Assembly (NCBI GenBank): GCA_048882505.1
Contig: JBHLRO010000023.1
Location: 1-32,000, forward strand
Reading direction: 5' to 3'
DNA length: 32,000 nt
Source of the DNA: Candidatus Thorarchaeota archaeon
GTDB lineage: Archaea > Asgardarchaeota > Heimdallarchaeia > Hodarchaeales > Hodarchaeaceae
This document shows, piece after piece, positions 8,050 to 16,152 of this stretch. Made by a program: the position numbers and the translations under genes. Below the pieces are notes generated by a model. The model was not told where the DNA came from. It saw nothing but the letters and a program-made list of their open reading frames with translations, and ran no database searches. Numbering within the stretch: position 1 is the first letter of the stretch; each line of letters opens with the position of its first letter.

Positions 8050-8856
8050 ATGAGTTTAAAACCATTATTATTAATAGAAAAGGACGGATATACGGCTACA
8101 GTCTCATTGAATCGACCTGAAAAACGTAATGCCTTAAATACCGCCATGTTTGAGGCGATAGATGATGCCTTCACTTCTTTACAAATTGACCGTCACACAC
8201 GCATGGTTTTTGTAAAAGGGTGTCAATATGATAATCGAGAGATTTTTTCATCTGGCATCGGACATAGTTGAACTGGGCCAAGCTGTCCAAGAAACGAATT
8301 TGACAACCATAAAGCATTTCCAAACAATTGCCCAAAATTCGTTTAACAGGGTTGAAAAAATCGAAAAACCCACTATTGCATTAATTGATGGCTACGCTTA
8401 TGGTGCAGGTCTCGAACTGGCCCTGGCCTGTGATTTCCGGGTTATGACCGAAAATGCAAAGGTGGGCTTACTGGAGACCGCACTTGGGGTTATTCCAGAC
8501 CTAGGAGGAACAACACGCCTAGTTAAAATGCTAGGGACCAGCGCTACAAAACGACTGATAATGTTTGCAGAAAATTCTCAGCGCAAAGCGCTTTGAAATA
8601 TAATTTAGTAGATTGGGTTGTTCCGGAGGGAGAACTACTAGCCAAGGGCAAGGAACTTTCCGATAGGCTTTTGAGAAATGCTCCCCTTGCCATCGGGATT
8701 GCAAAGAGATTAATTGACCAAGTATATGGCCTTGATTTAGATCGGGGTTTACTACTTGAAAAACTTGCCCAACTAGAATTATTAAAATCTGAAGATATTA
8801 TAGAAGCCTTCATGGCTAATATGGAAAACCGAGAGCCAAATTTCAAAAGTGCCTAA
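8050..8856 (+). pseudogene. Enoyl-CoA hydratase/isomerase split into three ORFs by two single-base frameshifts (pseudogene or sequencing error)
   Basis: LNRPEKRNAL in ORF1, GAGLELALACDFR...ETALGVIPDLGG in ORF2, and LVDWVV...PLAIGIAKRLI in ORF3. Removing one G at 8260-8261 gives SSGIDIVEL. Adding one A to the run at 8571-8574 gives FAEKFSAQSALKYNLVD. The result is a contiguous ~268 aa crotonase. Confidence 0.85.
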
Positions 8857-8861
8857 CTCCC

Positions 8862-9491
8862 GTGGACCTATTATTGGATGGACATGAAATGAGACGCAGT
8901 GAGTTCGAGAGTACAAATCCAGAAGAATATCTGAAGATCATGGCGGTGGCAAACGTTGGACATCTTGGATTTGTTGACAGTGATGGTTATCCACGCATCG
9001 TTCCTCTTAACTTCGTACTAGTAAACGAGTGTATCTATTTCCACGGAGCCCAAGAAGGCGAAAAATTTGATCTCTTAAGGAAAGCTCCAAAAGTGACTTT
9101 TTCGGTGGATATCCCTTATTCCTTCATTCCTTCCTACTGGCAGAGTAAGAAATCAGCGAGTTTTGCAACCCAATTCTTTAAATCTGTCCACATTCGTGGA
9201 ACGGGATCCATTGTAATCGACATTGAGGAGAAGGCCGAGGTACTCCAAAAATTGATGATTAAGCATCAGCCTGAAGGAAAGTTCGTTCCAATAAACGTGA
9301 CTGAACGAATCTATAAAAGCGAGATAACGGGTGTTGCTGTTTACAGGATAGATCCAGTGGAAATTAGCGTCAAAATCAAATTCGGTCAGAACCTCTCTAG
9401 AAGAGTATTATTGAATATTATTGAGAGGTTACGTGAGCGTAACCAGGGAATGGATGCAGAAACAATTGCGGAAATAAAGAAAAATTGGTGA
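8862..9491 (+). CDS. Pyridoxamine 5'-phosphate oxidase-like flavin-binding protein (NimA/NimC-like)
   Basis: GHLGFVDSDGYPRIVPLNF, IYFHGAQEGEK, FKSVHIRG, KIKFGQN. Starts 5 nt after the hydratase stop. Confidence 0.85.
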   Translation: MDLLLDGHEMRRSEFESTNPEEYLKIMAVANVGHLGFVDSDGYPRIVPLNFVLVNECIYFHGAQEGEKFDLLRKAPKVTFSVDIPYSFIPSYWQSKKSASFATQFFKSVHIRGTGSIVIDIEEKAEVLQKLMIKHQPEGKFVPINVTERIYKSEITGVAVYRIDPVEISVKIKFGQNLSRRVLLNIIERLRERNQGMDAETIAEIKKNW

Positions 9492-9534
9492 CTCCTTCCA
9501 CAGGAGTACATATGGAGATTTTTAATTTTTCGTG

Positions 9535-9903
9535 TTAACGATCGGGTAAGCCCATCAGAGAGAGTTCATTTCCAGTCGGATCTTTAAAAAGACCCACAAC
9601 ACCCGTCATATCGCCATCAGTGTACTCAAATGCTTCCTTGGTGACTTGTCCACCCGCTGTTTTAACTTTCTCCAGGGTTTTTCTAACATCATTAACCTCG
9701 ATACCAACGTTCAGGCCCTTTGGGCGGGCTTTCTCGGTTTGAAAGAGATGAAACTCAGTAAACTCATTGAAATTGTACCAAATTCCACCTTTTGGATCAT
9801 CCATTACACGTGCTGGTTCCCATCCAAAAACGGATTCGTAGAACTTTTGAGCTTCTTTCAGATTGAGTACGGGGATTTCTACCCCAAGTCTTGGATTTTT
9901 CAT
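9535..9903 (-). CDS. VOC/glyoxalase family protein
   Basis: EIPVLNLKEAQKFYESVFGW and FKDPTGNELSL motifs. Confidence 0.9.
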   Translation of the reverse strand: MKNPRLGVEIPVLNLKEAQKFYESVFGWEPARVMDDPKGGIWYNFNEFTEFHLFQTEKARPKGLNVGIEVNDVRKTLEKVKTAGGQVTKEAFEYTDGDMTGVVGLFKDPTGNELSLMGLPDR

Positions 9904-9972
9904 AATAAGTTGCCGGAAACCTGTCCCCTTAATTTGCTAATCGTGCGAATTTAGTATTCGAATTGAAAAACC

Positions 9973-9999
9973 TCCAAAACGTTGGGGAGTGGTTTTGGA
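9973..9999 (-). terminator. Possible hairpin followed by a T-run downstream of the longin-like gene
   Basis: TCCAAAAC/GTTTTGGA 8-bp stem with an 11-nt loop, followed on the minus strand by GGTTTTTC. Confidence 0.3.
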
Positions 10000-10010
10000 T
10001 TTGGTGAGAA

Positions 10011-10026
10011 TTGCATTATAATGCAA
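10011..10026. promoter_or_regulatory. Perfect 16-bp palindrome, possible transcription-factor operator
   Basis: TTGCATTATAATGCAA is self-complementary and lies ~110 nt upstream of the VOC gene. Confidence 0.4.
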
Positions 10027-10049
10027 GTTCAGCCAATCCATTTGAGCCC

Positions 10050-10586
10050 CTAGATGGAGTATTTTGCATGCTCTTTGAGGAGCATCCAAATGGGTTTATC
10101 CTTCTTGTTCAGGGAACTAATTATATACAGAGGACATGCAGTTCCCAATTCGCATTCATCGTGAATTATATCAAAACCATGAAAAACGGGCATTAATGCG
10201 TTCTTAACAATGGAGTTACTGAATTCTTCGTTGAAGGCTCGGTCTACTATTGACCAATCTTTATCTGGATATTTTTGCTCTAGAAGAATTGAGATGGCCT
10301 GAAATAACGCGTCGAAGAGCTCCTCATTATGCAACTCTAACCCCAAGACAACGCTATGACATGAAGGGAGAGATTTAAAGAATTTTATGATTATATCTCC
10401 CATTTGCATTGATGAAATCGGTTGATTCCCACTAACCTTCCTTGACATGATCTCCAAAGAAGAGAGAAAACTTGTCAGTCTGGCCGTATCGGCAAAGAGA
10501 CTTGAACAAAACTCAGTATAACATTTGGCATAAATAGGGATCCCGTCCTCCCTGTAGATCAAAATAAAACGTAGAGTAGCTGGCAT
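10050..10586 (-). CDS. Stand-alone longin-like domain protein (Asgard type)
   Basis: Pattern FILIYREDGIPIY (beta-beta with G), helix RLTSFLSSLEIMS, then strands ISSMQMGDIIIKFF and VVLG. The same pattern is seen in the C-terminal domain of the GTPase at 25013-26065. Confidence 0.6.
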   Translation of the reverse strand: MPATLRFILIYREDGIPIYAKCYTEFCSSLFADTARLTSFLSSLEIMSRKVSGNQPISSMQMGDIIIKFFKSLPSCHSVVLGLELHNEELFDALFQAISILLEQKYPDKDWSIVDRAFNEEFSNSIVKNALMPVFHGFDIIHDECELGTACPLYIISSLNKKDKPIWMLLKEHAKYSI

Positions 10587-10631
10587 GGGAGTCCCTTTTT
10601 TTTTGGACCCAATTAGGGGATTGATTACGGG

Positions 10632-12368
10632 TTAGGACAGAACCTCATCACGAAGAACACGCCGAAGAACTTTTCCCACTGCGCTCATGGGGAGCTCATC
10701 TCGAAATTCAACCTCACGTGGCCTTTTGTACCCAGCCATCCGCGTCCTGCACCACTCTATAATTTCTTCTTCGCTAGCGCTAGCTCTATCACGCAGAACA
10801 ATATACGCTTTTACGTATTCGTTGCTAGGATCATTCTTTCGAGGCAGCCCTATCACCGCTGCGAGCTCAACTTTCGGATGTTCAAAGAGAATGTCTTCTA
10901 TTTCTCGAGGATAGGCTTTCAATCCGGATACATTTATCATGTCTTTTTTACGGTCGGTGATGACCGTAAATCCTTCCTCATCCAAATGACCAATATCTCC
11001 TGTTAAAAAAAAGTTTAATCCATCGATTTCACGGAAAACTGCTTCCGTTTGTTCTGGACGATTCCAGTATCCTTTAAAGATTTGCGGGCCAGCGAGGGCA
11101 ATTTCTCCATCCTCTCCTATTGGTAGCGCTGTCGTACCCGTCTCAAGGTCAACAATCTTTACTGAGGTATCAGGTATCGGAAAACCTACTGTTCCAAACT
11201 TTCGTAGGGCTTTGTCGGTGGGATTAGCATGGGTTTGAGGGGAAGTTTCCGTTAATCCATATCCTTCAAACACCACACACCCCGTTACTTCTTCGAATCG
11301 TTTAGCCAATTCGGGGGGAAGGGGGGCGGCACCCGACCCCACTGCCATTAACGAAGTCAAATCGTATTTGTCAATAAATGGGTGGCTGACCATCCCAGCC
11401 AGCAAAGTCGGTACCGCATGTAAAACTGTGGCTTTATGTTTTTGAATAGCAGCCAGCAAATCTGATAAGGGGGGGTCTCCTGTCCGGGGATCTGGGATTA
11501 CAATAACTGATGCAGCATGTTGAACTGCCACCAACATAGTAAGGGTCAAACCATATGAGTGAAACCAAGGGAGAGCCCCAACGAGAACCTCTTCTCTATA
11601 TCGATATCTCTGAGGTTCATCATTTTCTTCTGTTTGAATTTGGACGTACTCTGAGTGTTGCATAACGTTTGCGTATAGATTGTAATGTGATAACATTGCT
11701 CCCTTTGGGGTTCCAGTAGTACCGCCCGTATAAAGTATAAGGGCAAGATCATCTTTGGGAACGATGTCCACTAATGGAAGGTCTGGTTCCGTCATTTTAA
11801 TGACATCATCGTAAAAAATCGTGATATCCTCTTGATAAGTGGAACTTTGGGGAATCATCCCTAGAGAGGAACCCAAAACTTTCTTCATTTTAGGCAGAAA
11901 GCGCCTCACGCTGCAAACAACTACCTTTTCGACCTGTGTATCTTTTGCAGCCTTATAAGCCGTGGGAGTGTATTCCTTGTGATCCATACAGAAGACCATT
12001 CTTGCTCCTGAATCCCTTAATTGGAAGTTGAGTTCCGAGGCCGTATATTGAGGGTTGCAAGTTACCGCAACCGCGCCAGTTTGTAGAATACCGAAGAAAA
12101 TCGCGGGGTAATGAGGTAGATTCGGCAGGAAAATAGCGATTCGATCCCCCTTTTTTATTCCCTGCTTATGAAGGAATGTAGCAATTCGATCGGCATGATC
12201 TTTCGTTTCTGCAAAAGTGGTGACGCTGCCTTCAAACAGGAGGTAAGGGAAGTTGCCAGAAGCTGACGCAGTTTTATCAAGTAGACGGAAAAGCGGCTCA
12301 TTTGGATATTCTAGACTCTTTTTCACGGTTTTTGGCCATTTAAACAGATGCCATAGCTGATCTTCCAT
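10632..12368 (-). CDS. Long-chain fatty acid--CoA ligase (ANL adenylation family)
   Basis: YTGGTTGTPKG P-loop, EGYGLTETSP, TGDIGHLD, DRKKDMI, GKVLRR. The likely start is ATG 12368; the ORF track uses TTG 12377. Confidence 0.95.
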   Translation of the reverse strand: MEDQLWHLFKWPKTVKKSLEYPNEPLFRLLDKTASASGNFPYLLFEGSVTTFAETKDHADRIATFLHKQGIKKGDRIAIFLPNLPHYPAIFFGILQTGAVAVTCNPQYTASELNFQLRDSGARMVFCMDHKEYTPTAYKAAKDTQVEKVVVCSVRRFLPKMKKVLGSSLGMIPQSSTYQEDITIFYDDVIKMTEPDLPLVDIVPKDDLALILYTGGTTGTPKGAMLSHYNLYANVMQHSEYVQIQTEENDEPQRYRYREEVLVGALPWFHSYGLTLTMLVAVQHAASVIVIPDPRTGDPPLSDLLAAIQKHKATVLHAVPTLLAGMVSHPFIDKYDLTSLMAVGSGAAPLPPELAKRFEEVTGCVVFEGYGLTETSPQTHANPTDKALRKFGTVGFPIPDTSVKIVDLETGTTALPIGEDGEIALAGPQIFKGYWNRPEQTEAVFREIDGLNFFLTGDIGHLDEEGFTVITDRKKDMINVSGLKAYPREIEDILFEHPKVELAAVIGLPRKNDPSNEYVKAYIVLRDRASASEEEIIEWCRTRMAGYKRPREVEFRDELPMSAVGKVLRRVLRDEVLS

Positions 12369-12573
12369 AATTACCAAAACCTAAAACAAATGAAAGGTTA
12401 CCGCCCGTAATTTATGGCCCTTAAAAACAGTGGGTAAGAGAATGAAATGCTTCTAGATAGGTATATATCGTGGGTATTTGGCTAACTATCTATTGGGCAG
12501 ATATGGTTCTGAGGATTTAGATTTTTATTAAATCATTTGATAACTAACTTGAAGAATAGAATTCAAAAAACTC

Positions 12574-13527
12574 TTGCCTGAGCGGAAATTTATGCTTGGT
12601 ATTTCCTTTATTTCAACTGGCACAACTGCAACACAGACACCAGTGTTTGCGTCCATTGCATATGAAATGATAAAATATTGGATTAAAAACGAAGAGGATG
12701 CACAACCAGACTTCCCTATTGCTTGTGTTTTTGATTTTTCAAGCATGTACTCCACTCTGGAGTTTTTTGCGTCAGATAAAATACTAATGCGGATGGGGGA
12801 ACTCACCTCCCTGACGGAGGAAATGAGCGCTTCAGGTGAGCCTGATTGGTCCAAGTGTAGTTTTCCATCTAAGTTTGCTCATAAAGATACGAAATCACCG
12901 TTATTTTTTATAATCCCTCTTTTTCCGAGGGGAACCACAACATTATTGACGAAATCTGATGTTGTTGGACTAAACAGGCTTATATGGGAAATTTCCAGAT
13001 TAATTGAAAAGGAGGGGTGTAGATACCTTCTATACGATCTTCCGCCACTGGAAGTAACTATGAAAGTCCAAAGTAATTCATTTATTCCCGCATTATTGAA
13101 TTCCAACCTCGTTATTGGTGTTATTGACTGTAATAAGCCAAAATACGCAGAAGTAGCTCAGGAAATTCGGACTCTGCAAGGTTTTCTTCCCAAACTGGAT
13201 GTTGTGGCGAACCCTGGTTTAAAACTCAATGGTTTAATCCTTAACCAGGTATCCGAGAAGATTCTTTATGACCAATGGTTTGATCAAATTGAAGATGAAT
13301 TCTCAATACCCATTCTAGGGAAAATTAGCGAAGATCCACAATTCAGTAAGATTGCGAGCCAATTCCAACTCCCCACTATTGATTCGTTATTTAATCAGAT
13401 GAAATGCGCAAAAGATTTCCAATCTGCGGCCGAGACAATCATCCACACTTTGAACGAGCCTGCAAACATTCGGGAGGTTAACGAAAAACAACAGCAATAT
13501 CTAGAGAGTAATATCATCAATCTCTAG
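12574..13527 (+). CDS. MinD/ParA-like protein with a degenerate nucleotide-binding motif
   Basis: Ordered motif remnants ISFISTGTTATQT (Walker A position), VFDFS, YLLYDLPP (Walker B), LNGLILNQV and ILGKISEDPQF, typical of the MinD/ParA fold. Confidence 0.55.
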   Translation: MPERKFMLGISFISTGTTATQTPVFASIAYEMIKYWIKNEEDAQPDFPIACVFDFSSMYSTLEFFASDKILMRMGELTSLTEEMSASGEPDWSKCSFPSKFAHKDTKSPLFFIIPLFPRGTTTLLTKSDVVGLNRLIWEISRLIEKEGCRYLLYDLPPLEVTMKVQSNSFIPALLNSNLVIGVIDCNKPKYAEVAQEIRTLQGFLPKLDVVANPGLKLNGLILNQVSEKILYDQWFDQIEDEFSIPILGKISEDPQFSKIASQFQLPTIDSLFNQMKCAKDFQSAAETIIHTLNEPANIREVNEKQQQYLESNIINL

Positions 13528-13538
13528 AGGAGTTTATA

Positions 13539-15935
13539 TCATTTGGGACGATAGGTCTTTTTGAGTCGTGATCGAAACTTGGATACATCTAAATCTTCAT
13601 TTGTTATTATGCCGGAACTTACTCGTAGCTTAGGGACGATCAGTCCCTTGACTTTGCTTTGAAAGTCCACGACATCTTCATCGCGAGCAATGATGTCCAG
13701 AAAGCGTTCTTTATCTAGGTTTAATTGCTGAATTAGCTCATCGATACTCTGAGCTTCATGTAATTGGTTTAAAACCTCTTCTGCTGAAATACCTGTTGTA
13801 AAACTTATTCTCTGTGCGATTTTTTCCACGTTAGTCCCGGATGCTATTCGTATTAACTCATCAGTTGCCAAGCGCTTTCCTGTTAAATTATATATGGCTT
13901 CTCTGAGGCGATCTAGATCTCCCGCTTCAACCATAATGGTATCCATCTGAGCGGGTGAAACTACAATACCTTCACGTTGAAGGGCTTCAGACAAAACTGA
14001 TTGGTCAGGAAACAATCGAGATCTGAACTTAACGGCAATGTTCCGAATCCGAACTTGTTGTGCTTTTATGTATACTCCTGAAAAGGATACCAATATTATC
14101 AAGGTTATGATCAAGCCAATCCATTTGAGTGTATTGAATTCTTCGGTCAGTGGTACATATTCCAAGACTTTACTAGTCTCTACAATCTGTGTTGTTATAA
14201 ACGTTGATTCATATCTGGTTTCCTCACTAAAACCAAAGGCCGCGGGCTGTTTATAGGCATCAAAATACCCTTCGTCACAGTCGACTCGGAAATTTAAGTC
14301 TCCTTCAAATAACACGGGATTAAGAAGTGTAATATTAAGAACGAACGAAACCGTTTGTTTAATCGATAAATTCTCCACCACCGATGGCGTCCAGGAATAG
14401 GTGACGTTTTCGTGGACAAGTCCAATTAAACTTGGAGTGATATTATGAAAAGAAAACAATGGATTCTTATTAGTTACATTCAGTTCAAAGTAAACAGAAT
14501 TGTTTGCAGAATTTGTTTCGTTCTTAACGTTGTCTATGGTATAAAGGATCTTGGCCTCTCCAGGCAATTCTCCTTTCTTTAATTCAGTAACTGATTCGAT
14601 AAAGATAGGTGGATTGTAGGAAGAAATTCGTGCTTTTATGAGCTCTCCTGATGGTGGTACCCCCGCGGCTGTGACATTAAATTGCCATGTACCGTTCGCT
14701 GGGAAATCAATGACCATTGATTTTGGAAATTTATCTGAAATAATTATGACATTTTTCGGGATTTGCCCCCCGTTTGAGGGGACGCTGAATATGGAACCAT
14801 TTGGCTGCCTGATAGAAAGATTAAAGCTAACTGATGTATCATTCCAATTTAGGTCATACTTCAATTTTCTTATACTACTGTTAACATTTGGGGAAAAGAT
14901 CTCTTGGGAGCCGTTTGCTGTGATAACCGTATTATTCTGATAATCGAGTTCAACCCAGCCTGAGGCCCCATCTTTGGCCTTCAAGAAACTTTCTGAAAGA
15001 CTTAAAGTATCGTTTCCCCAAAAAAAGTCACCATTCGTTCCAAAGGTCTCATTAAGAGAAATCCCCCTTAGAAACTCCTCGTCATACAATAATGTTGTCC
15101 CTCTAACACCAACACTATAGATTTTTACCCCGTTTTCCCTCGCTACCTTGATCGGGCTTTGCGAGTAGATGAATAACGGGTTATCATCAGTTGAATCGTT
15201 TTGGCTAAACAATTCAAGGTAATTTGGCAATCCATCCGCATCCGCCCATGGTCCAGATTGATGCTCACCGTCTGTTAGAAGGATAATGGATTTTAATGTA
15301 GGGACATTTCTTTGCGTATTTTCATTAAGAAGCACTTCGAGCGATTTATTTAGACCGGCCCATATGTCTGTGCCACCACCGGTCCCAAGAGATTGAACTT
15401 CAAGAGAAATGTTTTCAAGATGAGATGAATTGCTAACAAAATTTAAATCGGTATCAATTTCAGCGTCATCCAGCCAGTTATAGTCGTAAGTAGCAGTTTG
15501 AAACGATGTAAGGGCCACACGGTCTTTCACTAAATATTCCCCGTTAGATAGGACAATCCGATTCGTTTGGTTTAGCAGGTCAAGTAGTCTTAGAATTGCT
15601 GCCCTTGTAATGTCCATCTTCCCCCCGCTCCCCATGCTTCCTGATTCATCTACACATATCACAATGTCCGAATCTATAAGGGAAGGTGGAGGTTGAGACG
15701 CAAGAAAGATAGGATCACCTGCAGAAAGGTTTACCTGAACGGGCGTTTCAACAATAATGGGGGTTGTTATCTCAACTTCGGATTCTCGTTCAATCTCAGT
15801 TTCAATCTCTATCGGAGGTAAAGCTGTAAACACGAATAGAGGGACTGTTATTGAGGCTGCTATTAGTAGTGCAACCACCCTCCGATTATTCTTAATCGCT
15901 TCCCTGTAATAATTTAGATTATGGAAGGATTTCAT
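13539..15935 (-). CDS. Membrane-anchored VWA-domain protein with Ig-like region and C-terminal cytoplasmic helical domain
   Basis: N-terminal TM helix. Intact MIDAS (DESGS, GGGTD, LLTDG). Beta-rich region, second TM helix (WIGLIITLIILVSFSGVYI) and a ~170 aa charged tail. Confidence 0.85.
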   Translation of the reverse strand: MKSFHNLNYYREAIKNNRRVVALLIAASITVPLFVFTALPPIEIETEIERESEVEITTPIIVETPVQVNLSAGDPIFLASQPPPSLIDSDIVICVDESGSMGSGGKMDITRAAILRLLDLLNQTNRIVLSNGEYLVKDRVALTSFQTATYDYNWLDDAEIDTDLNFVSNSSHLENISLEVQSLGTGGGTDIWAGLNKSLEVLLNENTQRNVPTLKSIILLTDGEHQSGPWADADGLPNYLELFSQNDSTDDNPLFIYSQSPIKVARENGVKIYSVGVRGTTLLYDEEFLRGISLNETFGTNGDFFWGNDTLSLSESFLKAKDGASGWVELDYQNNTVITANGSQEIFSPNVNSSIRKLKYDLNWNDTSVSFNLSIRQPNGSIFSVPSNGGQIPKNVIIISDKFPKSMVIDFPANGTWQFNVTAAGVPPSGELIKARISSYNPPIFIESVTELKKGELPGEAKILYTIDNVKNETNSANNSVYFELNVTNKNPLFSFHNITPSLIGLVHENVTYSWTPSVVENLSIKQTVSFVLNITLLNPVLFEGDLNFRVDCDEGYFDAYKQPAAFGFSEETRYESTFITTQIVETSKVLEYVPLTEEFNTLKWIGLIITLIILVSFSGVYIKAQQVRIRNIAVKFRSRLFPDQSVLSEALQREGIVVSPAQMDTIMVEAGDLDRLREAIYNLTGKRLATDELIRIASGTNVEKIAQRISFTTGISAEEVLNQLHEAQSIDELIQQLNLDKERFLDIIARDEDVVDFQSKVKGLIVPKLRVSSGIITNEDLDVSKFRSRLKKTYRPK

Positions 15936-16152
15936 CCTAGTAAGGTAGCTCCACGATCTTTACACTATGAAATTCATCGACCCCTACTATAAAAGTTCCC
16001 TAATCCCGATGGTGAAGTTCCAGATTAATTAACCATTTGTGCGATTTCGATAGATGAGCAATATACGGGAATCGGCAATTTAAATGATGAATCGCCTTCG
16101 AGTATTCTAACGATCAAAGTTCTAATGAATACAAAATCGAGGCCGTAAATGG

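Noticed and set aside
8260-8596. Programmed ribosomal frameshifting in the hydratase
   Set aside because: It would need two opposite shifts. There is no canonical slippery heptamer or stimulatory structure, and no precedent known to me in this family.
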